A DNA stretch of 64,000 nucleotides from Oopsacas minuta (taxonomy: Eukaryota; Animalia; Porifera): NCBI GenBank assembly GCA_024704765.1, contig JAKMXF010000328.1, forward strand, positions 185,260-249,259, given 5' to 3'. Positions within the stretch are counted from its first letter, which is position 1; every line of letters begins with the position of its first letter. Position numbers and translations under genes: made by a program. Positions 50,035 to 62,480 of the stretch are shown here, one piece after another. The notes beneath the pieces were generated by a model, which saw only the letters and a program-made list of their open reading frames with translations, had not been told where the DNA came from and searched no databases.

Positions 50035-51177
50035 ATGGCTTTATTGAATGTTGCTTTTATTGGTTGTGGAGCTGTTAACTTCGGTGGTGCAGAGGGTCCG
50101 TGGAATCATTCTAAACGTTTGGAACTAATTCAGAATATCCATTTTGTGGCTATAATGGATGTAGATATATCTAAAGCTAATCGTGTACTCGAAACAAAAC
50201 TCCAAGGAGAAGCAGCAGCTAAATACACAGAATGTAAAATATTTTCGAATCTTGACGATCTTTTCTCCCAAATGAAAGGGAGAATAGATGCTGTATGGGT
50301 TGGGGTACCGCCCTATGTACATGGTGTATTAGATGAAGGTCGAGATCTAGAGCTGAGATGTATTAGAGAGGGTATCAATGTATTTATGGAGAAACCGATC
50401 AGTGTATATCCAGTGAAAGATGTGAGTTTGTACGCAGATGCAATTGAAAAGGAGACTACTGGACAAGGAAAACCATATTTTTCTGTAGGCTATATGTTTC
50501 GATATCATCCAGCTATTATCCAAGCTAAAGAAATCTTAAATTCTCATTCACAGCCAATCTTGATGATAAATGCTCGTTATAACTGCGCTTATTCTGAGTT
50601 AGATCATCCATTCTGGTGGAACAAAAAAGAATCAGGAGGACCGATTGTCGAACAGGCGACACACTTTTGTGATCTATTTCGTTTCTTTGGAGGTGAGGTT
50701 AACTTAAACTCTGTGACTAGTAAGATAATACCAGCGGGCGATAAAGGAAAAATCGGTTACCTATCTACTGTACCAGATGTTGTAAAAGAGGATAAGTTAC
50801 CATTGGATGACCGAGTGCCGCGCGTTACTGTTTCTCACTTCTACTTCAAATCTGGCGCTCTTGGCTCTTTGACACACGGCATAACACTACATGCGAAGCG
50901 TTATGAGGCTAGTATTGATATTTGGTGTGATGGCTTGAGAATTTTGTTAGAAGAACCATACTCTAATGAGCTTTGTCGTCTCCGAGTAAGGAAGGGTTAT
51001 ACTGACACAGAAGAATTGTTTGCGTTCCCAGGAGCAGACTGCTACATGGAAGAAGATCTAGCCTTTGTTCGGGCAGTCTTAGAAAGGAATCCTGCACTAA
51101 TCGCATCCAATTACTCCGATGCTCTACAGTCATACAAGTTATCATGGTCCATTACTGATTCTGTACAGAAAGAGTGA
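50035..51177 (+). CDS. Gfo/Idh/MocA-family NAD(P)-dependent oxidoreductase, 380 aa, uninterrupted CDS
   Basis: Rossmann VAFIGCGAVNFG, VFMEKP, VGYMFRY and WWNKKESGGPIVEQATHFCDLFRFFGG motifs. Intact ORF amid decayed TEs. Start at ATG 50035 is preferred; an in-frame ATG at 49924 is an alternative. Confidence 0.9.
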   Translation: MALLNVAFIGCGAVNFGGAEGPWNHSKRLELIQNIHFVAIMDVDISKANRVLETKLQGEAAAKYTECKIFSNLDDLFSQMKGRIDAVWVGVPPYVHGVLDEGRDLELRCIREGINVFMEKPISVYPVKDVSLYADAIEKETTGQGKPYFSVGYMFRYHPAIIQAKEILNSHSQPILMINARYNCAYSELDHPFWWNKKESGGPIVEQATHFCDLFRFFGGEVNLNSVTSKIIPAGDKGKIGYLSTVPDVVKEDKLPLDDRVPRVTVSHFYFKSGALGSLTHGITLHAKRYEASIDIWCDGLRILLEEPYSNELCRLRVRKGYTDTEELFAFPGADCYMEEDLAFVRAVLERNPALIASNYSDALQSYKLSWSITDSVQKE

Positions 51178-51698
51178 ATTTGATGTTATATTCAATCCTA
51201 TGTTTGGTTGCCAAGGACTCACTTATTTGTTTGATTTTTTAGTTATAGTATAGTCGTTTACTTATCATAACATCGCGAAGAATATTCAAACTAATTATAA
51301 TAGCACTTGTGCACATTCCCAGTTTATGCTTTTACTGTGCCGACTATGCAATAGGCTTGACTAGGTTCAAAAGCCACATTTATGAAAATTTTCAGATCGA
51401 AGTGACGTCATCTGTTAGTATAATTGTCAGATATGTATATTAAAAATGCACTTAGAATGTCAATTATTGATCTATGCTCAAAAATGTTCAAATACCAAAT
51501 GATCTAAAACCGTTTCGATACAAAATATGAAAAATTAGTTGTGAGGTTTCTGAGTTATCTCACAGACCAGGATGTCATATTTTTTAATTAATATCCTCCA
51601 AAACTAGATAATCGTGGAAATGATAGTCAGGATATTCATTTTATAGTATACAACCAAAAAATTATATTGTGATTTGAATCAACTTTGATGATATAAAG

Positions 51699-52265
51699 CA
51701 GCGTTTCCAACCGTTTTCTGTCGGTCGCCGCTTTCGATGACCGCGCCATCCCTAGTCTACCCTCTCGCCCCTTCGCGTTTGTATATTAATTATATTATAT
51801 TACCAAATACATTATATTATACTACCAGATACTAAGACATAATATATATAATTTTTCATTTGCATAAGTTTAATATGAAGATTCGACCTGGTGCCCAGTT
51901 ACAAGATTTTTCAGATCGGGACTGAATTTGGTCAAGAAGGGCCGAAGGTCACCATATTTGATTATATCCAGCCTATTCCTCTTCTTTGTGAGAAGTCCAA
52001 CAACGGCTGAGAAACTCTTCCCCACGAGGTACGATGTTGGAAATGACACTATCATCATTTTCGCGCTGGCCCCATAGAGCAGGGTATTGATCAGCAATTA
52101 TATGGATTTTGTGTTTTTCAATTACAATTGCAATTACATAACTATTTCGGTCAGATATTACAGCTGCAACTTGTGCAGAATGAAACCATCGTTCGTAGTC
52201 CCCCAGTCGTTTTATTGCCCCCCCCTCCCTCTCGAGTCTCGTATCGCCCACATTGAAAAACACTG
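51699..52265 (-). mobile_element. Non-autonomous Buster-type hAT deletion derivative
   Basis: Termini cagcgtttccaa / ttgaaaaacactg, 8-bp TSD ATATAAAG / ATATACAG (7 of 8). ORF 51870-52097 has FPTSYLVGKSFSAV..LLTKKRNRLDI..GDLR, the Buster C-terminus. Confidence 0.85.
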
Positions 52266-52602
52266 ATATACAGGATATAGTATACTGTACCTATCAATGA
52301 GTGTGAGTATTTTTTCTCTAGATGTGCACCTGACATTTTTTCTTATGTGTATATTTCACACATAGTCATTTTAGCCCAATCAGATTGTAGGGTTTTGTAA
52401 TTAGTCATATATACATCAAATTGGTCCTGATGGAGTGTAAGTAATTGTATTAGCACTGTAATGTATTTGTATTGATTGTAAACTGTAATTATATTTGTCA
52501 ATGCATTCTATTATATATATATACTAATTTATCACCTGACTAATCAAATTTTCCCACCTTTTGGTGAATATTTCAAAATTATCCTAGGTTATCTTCGATC
52601 GG

Positions 52603-53413
52603 CAATATGGGGTAAATACGGACTACAACTGACCATGGCCTACTTAATATTTTCGGCTAAATATGCCCCAAGAAGGCAGAATCTCTAGAAATATGTATGA
52701 TAGAGCTTAAATATGATACCTCATCATGCGGTTTCACAAAAGCTAAATTAGATAGGAAAATGTTGCTTTTCAAGCTGTGTTTAAACCATGTTGTCAGTGT
52801 TTTCATTGCTTGACAGCTGTATATAATGACGAAGGCGAATAGATAATTTGAAATAATGGTTGGCATGAATGGATGTGAACACATTCCTGTGTTACAAAGG
52901 GAATCTGTTTCTGTTTGTTAAGGCTATAACTCCAAAACTATGAGTGTTGTGACTCTGAACTATATACCACTAGTTCGTAATAATCGACTTCCTATTCACC
53001 AAAAATGTAACTCATTTGTGTTTTGTTAATACTTTTTGAGATATTTTGACATTTACTCTATAGATGGCAATCATTTACAAAAATGAGAAATTTCAAAATA
53101 TTTCAAAAAGTATTCCAGATAGCAAATGAACTTTATTTTTATTGAATAGGAAGTTGACTATTACGGGACTAGTAGTATAAAGTCTAGAGCCATAGGACTC
53201 ATAGCTTTTGAGTTATAGCCTCAACCAACAGAAACACATTTCCTCACAAGAATGTGTTCACATTCCATTCATACCGACCATTCTTTCTCAATTCACTATA
53301 GCGTTTGTCAATATATAACTGTCAAACGACTGTGAAGTTAGCCGGAAATTCGACCAGGGCCAGTTCAATCACTAATTTGTTCCACTTGTACTCACCAGAT
53401 TTACCCAATATTG
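52603..53413. repeat. Long-TIR palindromic non-autonomous element
   Basis: Arms match as reverse complements: tgtgaacacattc, aggctataactc.aaa.ctatgag, gacttcctattca and atactttttga.atattttga. Centre near 53065; outer ends caatatggggtaaat / atttacccaatattg. Confidence 0.75.
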
Positions 53414-54747
53414 ATATCATTCTGTAGAGGATTGTTGGACGTTTTATAAAATATAATTTTCTTAAATATTTTTTACCTATCTGTTTTTGTCATGACGAGT
53501 AGGGTCGCTTCTCTACTATTAAATAAGACGACCAAAGTGAGAATTCGAATCTGAAATTTGTGTCTATATTTGTGACCCATGGACGTTTATGTAAATTAAA
53601 TTTCATCCAAAATTCCTAAAACTCGAGGAGATACAAGTATTCAAAGTTGAAATCAGATTTATATTGTAGGGGGTGAGTATCATTTTACAAAAGTAGGGTC
53701 AGTTCAAATTGATATTCGATATGCAAAATCGAACTCAAACTGTTATATTTTGATAGCAATCGATAGCTGAGACATGGACGTTTACCATAATGTCGCTATA
53801 ATCATGAAATTCTGAAATATACAGTCACAAAGGGGTTCTAAAATGGCAAAATTCTAGTTTTTTATGTATTTTCGAAATTTCAAAAATAATTCATTCCCAG
53901 AATTGCCTAAAACTTTACAGGCTCCTTCTTTTATATTATATCATTCAATTTCCTTTCAAAATAACAGGGTGAGCTAGTACTTTTTTAATGAATATTAGAA
54001 ATAATATTTTGTGAGAATGTTCTTTCCACTAGCCATTTCATTATTCACAATGCCTAGAACAATACTAGACTATCTCATAAGACTAATGAGCATGACTGTT
54101 ATTTATCGCGTAAAATAACACATGTTATGACTCTTCTCTTGGTTCTCATTCTAATATTGCTACAACAAACGAATAATGAAAGTGCAAATTACTGAAATTG
54201 CGAATTATATTTCTATTTTATCCATCACAATGAAAGGAGTGTGGAGTTAGCGCAAGATTTTCCTGAGCACACTTCAGTTGTAAATTTGATGCACTTATCG
54301 TTGTTGGATTAGGATGAAATTTGGAGACCAAGTAGAAGGCATATGAACATTTATGACTATTCAAAACGATTTTGAATTATTGAATTCTTTTTCACATGTT
54401 TTCTAAATATAAATTTCAACTATCTGAACATGTTTCAGAACATTGGACGTTTGTTATTTCAAATTTTGCATAATTTTGTTGACTTTCCTGTGAGATGTTG
54501 TTTGCCAAGGTTTCACATATTTTCGTTCACATACTATCTCGCATATACTACTATCTTTCATTTACTTACCTATACATCTACTATGATTGTGTTGGCAAGC
54601 ACACTTAGACCTACACTAAAATCATAGTCTATTGAAATGCTCTCCCCCATTACTACAGAAACACCAATTTATAATTACTGTCGAAGGATTTTATATCAAA
54701 ACATTGTCACCACTAGACAATACCAATATTAGAAATGCATATACGTA

Positions 54748-54931
54748 CAGTCAGGGTCGCTTATTATGAACCCTCTTAATATGAACATTCGCTTATTATG
54801 ACCTAACTATATAGTCTCTGTATACCAATCTACATAGGATTTGTCTTAAGTCGAGTTCGCAAATTATGAATTTTCTTTATTGTGAACACATTTTTGGTTC
54901 CCAAGTTGTTCATAATAAGCGACCCTGACTG
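54748..54931. mobile_element. pogo-type MITE (184 bp) with perfect 24-bp TIRs
   Basis: cagtcagggtcgcttattatgaac / gttcataataagcgaccctgactg, TA TSD. It sits inside another small inverted repeat (ccactag..accaatatt ~54709 / aatattggt..ctagtgg ~54975). Confidence 0.9.
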
Positions 54932-55599
54932 TATATTGCAAGATTGATTATCATCAGAATATTGGTGTCGCCTAGTGGTAACCGAATTTGAATGAACCTT
55001 TTGACCTTAACGTGAATTAATTGACACAATCATTAATTGGTGTTTTATAAAGAATTGTCATTGGATTTCATTTTGCAAACCGTATTAGTAGTACAATAGA
55101 AATTGTATAAGTTTTTTCTGACCATCATACATACAATGAAATTCAATATTATCTTTGCAATCTGAGTTATCTAGATGATCTTCGATTAATGCAATGTGAC
55201 AATGAAAGCAAACTGATACAACAAGGTTGAAGAGAAGCGGCATTCAATGAGCTACCTGGGGTAGCATTAGATCCGGGTGACATTCCAGTGAAACAGATTC
55301 CATAAATAATTTATCATTCTGAGAGATATTTGGCTTAATACAAATATTCGACAAAATTCTAAATTTGTATCTATCGTTATTGGAGAAATTTAACTGATAT
55401 CAATATTCGTATTGACTGTATTTGTGCACAATAGATATATTTTATTCGGTAAACTGATGTGTCCTTTGGTACACTACGTATGTCCATAATAAATTATGCG
55501 ATAACATGACTAATTATATATAATAGAGAATAATTAAACTATTTTTTTGTAATTTTGTTCTTTAAATTTTTTATAGGTATACATCATTTTATTCATTTT

Positions 55600-58500
55600 T
55601 GTGGTGTATAATGGTTTTTCTTTGTAAAATAAATATGATTTGTAAGTGATTTAATTCCAATATGGGTTCATAATGGTTTACCGCATGTTGTATATAATAT
55701 GATCCAGCATCATTCGCTGGAGGACTATTCATTATTTCCATTATACTAGCGCCTTTCTCCAAATATACCATTCAACTATTTTTCATCTCTGTAGTACTTA
55801 CCCAAATATCTGTGTTAAACAATAGAGCTATAGAAAAAAATTCGATCTCTCCACCTCATGTTGTGTCCATATTCATATTTGACTTACTAATGTACTCTTA
55901 TGTGCTTCGATATGTAAGAGGAAATTTATTCTGTATAAACTTTAAACATATATGACTTAATTCCCCACTATACTCTCTGTGATTATAATTCGAATCATAG
56001 CGCTATGACGTGCTTCCTGTAATTATATAAGAGAGACTTGAGAATAAACAATTCCCATCCGGGATTATGGAAAGTCAATGAGGGTTCAGCTCATTTAAAC
56101 TGATCGCTTCCTTATTACAGCTATTAGTGCAATTTATCTTACATAATAAACGATTTGTTAAATGTAATCCTGAAATATTACAAAGATTACCCTGACCTAG
56201 GAATGACATTTGCTTCAAGGGAGGTAATATATCATCGATCATACCCAGTGCTACTTTATCCAAGTCTGTTATAATCTCAATATTTTAGCTTGTATTGGTA
56301 TTGTTTCTTCCAAAACTTCTAACGTAGCTTTTTTGGTAAATCTGATAGATTTATGTTTATCCAAAGGATTAGGTATATATTTTGTTTTTTGCTAAATTAG
56401 AATCCTTCAATTTTTCTAATACTTTGTCTACCGTACATATTTTAGATGAATGTAGCTATTTTTGTATCTCTTCCTTTTCCCACAAATTTCTCTAGATTCC
56501 TCCTCATTAGTAGCCTCTCGCACTTTTCCTTTACTTTAAATACTTTAGGGCCCAATGGTTGAAATGTAAATTCAAATGAAGCTAATCTATCTCCTAGGCG
56601 TGTATAAATGCATCGCAAACAATCACCAACTCTGGTATTATTTTGAGAAGTAAATATCCAGGGTTTGACTATTTTAAACCAATTCTCGACTTCTGCATTG
56701 CTATCAGTTAAAATAGCATTTGTTTACTTTACTTAGAATAACCCCCCTCCAAAGAGGAAGCAATGGCATGTAATAAGTCAAAATATTTCGAGGATTTCAG
56801 GGCAATAACACGCATGTTGAATTGTACCAGTTGTTTTTGCTCAGGAAATTTTACTATTGAGTCAGAGTAATATTCTTCGAAGTATCTTCCAAAGGGAAAC
56901 GTTTTTCTATACGTATTACCTTCAGTATTGTCAGAGTAATCATCAATATAAAAGTTTTCTGAACACTTGATTCGAATTTCCCTCTACTAATTTTTCCGAA
57001 TCTACTAAACTCTTAATAACTTGAGGTAACCTGAATTCTGTAGTCAGCAAAACACACGATTATTCGAAAACGAGGATTATTTCTTCAATACTGTTACTTT
57101 TCACCTTAGTACCGAATGAATGCTATACTAACTGTTTACCTTTTTGTCTAATTTATTAATTCTGAATCCTGGAAATTTCCGTCCCCGGATTTTTCCTCCC
57201 CAGGTGATTCAGTGTCCCTTGTTATTCAGGTTATATTCATGCATCTAGAAGATAAATATGGTTTAATTAATTATTGAAATAGGTATGTGAGGAATAATAC
57301 AATAGTTAAAACTCAAAATTGTATGCGATTCCCCTAAGATATGTTGTTATATCCCTGTTCTCATAATCTCCAACAGGTAACTGTATACGCTCATCTCGTT
57401 CAATGGACTTTTTGCTGCGTACTATTGTATTACCAGACTCCCACTTTATTAGTTTGGCCTCTTGTTGTGACTGTTCTCGTTGCAAAGATTTGAACAGCTT
57501 TGACCCATTAGGGTGGGAACAACCAACACTAGAATTAAATGCATTGTGCCACCCCTCAACTACGTTAATAGTTCGTGGTAGTTGTTGACGTACCCTTTCG
57601 TACATGTTCCAGATTCTGATAGCATTTCGATTCGTACAGGGTTAGATCCATGCGTATGACTAGAATAAATGTCGTTTATCTGTGTCGGTTTGATAATTTC
57701 ATCTCCTTTAGTGTGCATACGAGCTTTACACGTCCCCCGATTTTCACATACCCACTGTTGTACGTCCAATGACGACTTTGTCAATGTATACACGAACCCT
57801 TGGAACGTAGCTTTATCTTTCCCCCTTATAGTTTTAACCAATTCGATTTTGAGAGGAGCAGCGGACATTACAATGTTAAGTTATGACAAGTGAATAATTC
57901 GTGGACTCTGATTGATCTTATTCTTAATATATGTATCCATATATACTACGTGGAGTATTCACGGATTGTTTATTTTTGCCAGACAATGGTCAGGAAGTAT
58001 ACCTTTCACACCTACGATATGACTTGTGTGAATTATATACATCTATTGTATTTGTAAGACTAGTTTGGTTTCACTAAGGATACAGGAATTTAGTGTATCA
58101 AACTTATGGGATATCCTGGGGACGAAATTTCCATTTACCATTAATTCTATCTAATCTATAGCTAATTCGATGCAATATATTTGCCAAAAAGAGATGCAAA
58201 ACAGTTGGAATGTCTGATTTAGTAGTTGTTTTGTTGTTGACAATTTCCCAACATTGAGCTAAATATGATGACATACTCAGTCTATTAATTGCCAAACATG
58301 TGCTATCCAACTATGGTCTATCTCAATATGTCTTTATGTAGAACTGCCTTACAAGTTAGTACCCATTTATTTAAAAATTGAGTTATCTCTGCCGTGCCAT
58401 GGTCACTACTGATCATTTCTGCTACAGGGACAGGGCTAGTACAGTATACAGTATGTTGCAATGTAAGAGCATAATAGTAAATGGGTTTATCACAAGTTGG

Positions 58501-59900
58501 TGGCTTTTTGATAAGCGAGCCAGTTGCGTTAATATTTAGGACGATGTTGTTATGTTTGAAAAGTTTTGATATTTTGATCTGTTTTTTTGTAAATAAGTGA
58601 ATTAGAAATGAGTCTTGTACTATATATTGTATGAAACCAGCTATTTGATCGTCTGGTAATACCGAACGGAAATGGTTCTGAGTTTCCACACAATGTTTAC
58701 TGCACCATCGTTGGAAAATCTTTCCAATGACTTAATATCTGATTGAATTCGCCTTAATGTTTGTTGTGAGATTAGATTAGTGAAATTGACTCTCTTGAAT
58801 GCCTCCATATCTTTCTCATTTCTAAATTGTTGTTGGAATATATTACTTACTGAGTTGTGGATCATTTTGCAACCTAGCTCTTTCCTATTGTCAGAACTAA
58901 CGTGACGTGCATGAATAGTTTTCCAATCCTGATGTGCAAATGAAATACTACCTTCTGATTTGAAGTTCACAATTATATCATCACTAACTGATGCAGGATG
59001 TTTCGTAATTGAAAAGGTAACAAAAATGCAGTTAGGAAATTTACACAGCAGTAGACTGAAAGAATGGAGATTTCAAGTTATTACGATCAATTTTCTAAAA
59101 CCAGTGGTGTTTAAACTTCAGTACACAAATCGGATTGATTTCAGTAAACCTTTCAGCTATGATATCAGTCCATCCTTTATTCCTAAGATGTGTATTATTC
59201 TCATCTATATAACTAATAACGTGCCAAACGTCCTTTTCCAGATAAAATTCCCTTTCGTAATTGCTGTTTTCTGAAGTTTGAGTAAAACTTGGAAAATCTG
59301 TGTGATTATCATTATTGTATTCCATTTCTATAGTTGTATCCAATACCTCTGAAATTTCATTTTGCGTATTATTTTCTAACACACTAATGCTATTGGTATA
59401 AGTGAAATTCAATACTTCCATACCATTTTCTTCAAAGTTACTTTTACCTTAACTACCGAACGAACAACATCTGTTATTATTCCAATACTTAATAATAAAT
59501 AATTTTTGTCGAATAAATTATTTACTAACCTATAACTTAAGTCATTAATCTCTGGTGTGGAAATTAACCATAAACGAAGTAATGTACCTTCTTCAATTAG
59601 CTTGTTAGAGAACATATTCCCGAATGACACTTCAAATTGACAAATTTCAAAATATTACAAGCCAGAATAATTTTAGGTGCAATATGATTATAATAGCTAA
59701 AGCCATCTAGCCACATCTTTGATTCATAGTTAATCAACGAATTAAACGACCGCTCCCCAAGGCTATCCTGATAGTCAATGGGTCCAGTTGAGTACTTGTA
59801 TTTTAGTTTGTCATATATTTCTAAATACGAGGAAACGGAAGAACAAATAAGTAATATGTTATCTAACATTTCTAATTCAATTGTTGACAAATTCAATTAA
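55600..59900 (-). mobile_element. NOF-like MULE (Mutator/Foldback) transposase, decayed, with C-terminal OTU-like domain (copy 2, longest)
   Basis: Minus strand: WTDIIAERF..INPICVLKFKHH, LNINATGSLIKKP..IYYYAL..PVPVAEMISSDH, LHLFLAN, LPLW, SNAEVENWFKIVK, then PDGNCLFSSLSYIITGS and NHYEP. NOF affinity is from memory of these motifs; termini not found. Confidence 0.65.
57164..58139 (-). mobile_element. FLYWCH-type MULE (Phantom-like) internal-deletion derivative
   Basis: Perfect 9-bp TSD ATTAATTCT (57155-63, 58140-48); TIR core tggaaattt(c)cgtcccc. FLYWCH-like GFVYT..WVC..CKAR..HTH fused to the C-terminal RTINVVEGWHN..HP motif; DDE core deleted. Confidence 0.88.
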
Positions 59901-60183
59901 CTGAATGGTAATTTGGCAATCGATTCATTTTCTTGTAGTCTATCATAATTATCTCTCAGTATTGTTGTTATTATTATGTAAATTCTCTTTTCAACTGAAA
60001 GTATATCTAATCTAACACATACCTGAAACCTGCTTCATTTTGTTGTGAATATCATGAGAATTATTCTTCCATTTCACGTACTAGCGTGAATCATCAATAG
60101 AATTTATATGGAATCTTATATTTTCTCCAGTGAATTTATCACAATCGAGTATTACATCAACTTGTGTAATTATTTAATCATGA

Positions 60184-61322
60184 ATGTCAAAAATTCCTCC
60201 GAAACTCTTCGTAACAGGGCAGCCGGAATTATTATTATTGGTGGGATGGTGCAAAAGATGTTGCTAAGACCTTAGAAAAACCACTCAGAACGATACAGCG
60301 TTGGTGGGCACGATATAGACGAGGTCAAGATCTAGGACCTAAGGTCGGTGCTGGGCGTCCAAAAACGATCACAAGGGAGGTGAAGATAGTTACATCCAAA
60401 TCTCTTGGCAAAATTCGTCAATCCACTAGAAAGATCGCGATAAAACTCAAGCGAAGGGGTTATGGTATCTCTAAATCGACTGTTCACCGCTATTTGAAGG
60501 AACGATTGGAGCGACTACCTATAAAAGACCCAAATTCCCAAATTAACTGAAAAACAGAGGGAAAATCGGCTAAATTTTTGTATTGAAAGGGAAAATTGGA
60601 ATTTGGATGAGTGGAAACGAGTCCTATGGAGTGATGAATCACCATATGAACTATTTCATCCCAGTTCCGCCCAAAATGATAGGGTTTGGCCACTGACAGC
60701 TCCAAAGTACCACCTCGTGAAGTTATCAAAAACCCCCCAAAAGTGATGGTCTGGGCCATTATGAGCTATTGTGGCCTCTCAGAATTACACTTCGTTCCTC
60801 CTAAACAGACTGAAAACTCTCAATATTATGTAGAAGAGATATTGGAGAAATCTTATCGACTTGCGGTGGGTCGTCCAAAACGGCAGGCAGCATTCTGACC
60901 AGGAAATTACTACCTAACATGTCTCGGGCCATATTTATGCATGACGGGGCACCAGCACACACTGCCAGTCGCACACAGGAATGGTGCAAAAACAACATGC
61001 CCGCTTTCTGGGCCAAAGGGGAATGGCCTGGGGTAGTTCACCAGATTTAAATCCGATAGAAAATCTATGGAGTATTTTGCAGGAGAAGTTGAATGAGATG
61101 AAACCCTCAACCAAGCTCAATCATTTAGCAGAAAATCTCAAAGGTGGCTGGATGGACATTAATCCATTGATCTTGGAAAATTTAGTTGCTGGAATGCCAG
61201 CACGTATTGATAAATGTATAAATTGAAAGGAGGATATATTAGAAAATAATTGTCTTCTTTCCTCAATTAATGGCAATAATAACATAAAATGAAAGATACG
61301 ACAATAATTATGGGACACCCTG
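60184..61322 (+). mobile_element. Tc1-like DD37E-family transposon (diverged relative of 15461-16799), left TIR missing
   Basis: VLWSDESP, KVMVWA, MHDGAPAH and SPDLNPIENLW motifs; right end caataattatgggacaccctg followed by TA. Confidence 0.85.
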
Positions 61323-61499
61323 TATATTGAATCACACTTCAATATTTCTGATTCGTGTTTATTGTTTTGCTTTTGTACTTTTTTCATTTTTGCTATTTCT
61401 TTCTCTTTGCTTTTCTTGATAAGTGGCATTATCGTTTTTTCTACTTATATTTCTACTCTTACTTATATTCATGATTTGTATTGATTTATTGGCGTCCCA

Positions 61500-62480
61500 A
61501 CATGCCTACTTCATTTTGGGGGCAATTAGCAAGTAAAGTACTTAAACACAAAAAAGGAAAAATGTTTTGGAAAATGAGGAAGATTGTAGGGAGGAGTGCA
61601 AAAGGAAAGAGCAAATTAAGTTTTATTCATCCATCAAAGAATGAAATAGAAAGGTATTTAGTAGTTTTAATAAAATACGCCACATAGCCAACTGAATTCT
61701 ATAGGATGTTCTAATGTAATATAAACAAAGACATGTTATCAAATATTCCCCTTTAGTTCCTGAATATCAATACATTGCCAAAAAGCTAGATCAAAGTATT
61801 TCTACATTTTACCTGCTAATACTTTGGCAGGGAAAGATGTAGAAATAATTAGTGGTTAGATATTGTAGAATTGAGTTTAATAGACTATATGTTACCATTA
61901 CCAGCATTTCAACCTATTACTTATAGAGGACAAAAGGATGTATGCGAAATGCTGGTTATAAAACTTAGTGATTCCATAAATTGTAGCTGGAATGAATTAA
62001 CACCATTATCAAATTTGCGTGATTCTTACCCCTCTAAAACTTTGCCTATTACTGGATGGAAATTGCTTATTTTCTTCTAATTCATATTATTGACAGGAAG
62101 TGTAGATAATTTCCAAAATTAGGATGATTGTCGTTGAAAATATGGTTGGAAAGTTGAAAGAAGCCTATAATAAGTTCATTCTAAATAAATATCCACAAAC
62201 TGTGATTAATTTTAGGAATGTTGATGATTATATTGTCAAATAAAAAATGCGAAATAATTGCAGAAATTAAGATATTTGCATTAGCACTATTGTCGAGAAA
62301 AGATATATGGTTTAATAGTAGTGAAATGGGACATAAATGGATGATATTCTCTGGTAGAGGTGTGAGTTTAATTGACGCAATCCAATCACCTCCCGTAAAT
62401 ACTGCTGGGTCAATATATTTAAATCATAATTGGGTCCAGTATGAATCGATGTTAAGGACAGATAAGGCTAAAGTGATCTA
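61500..62480 (+). mobile_element. C-terminal fragment of the NOF-like MULE family with OTU-like domain (copy 3)
   Basis: DGNCLFSS..LTGS (62055-62100) and IFALALLS..WMIFSG.G.SL..SPPVNTAGSIYLNHNWVQYE align with the 55660-56070 copy (SPPANDAGSYYIQHAVNHYE). Confidence 0.65.

Noticed and set aside
60215-60235. cagggcagccggaattatt as the left TIR of the Tc1-like element
   Set aside because: It translates as part of the transposase N-terminus (LRNRAAG), so the resemblance to the TIR is coincidental.
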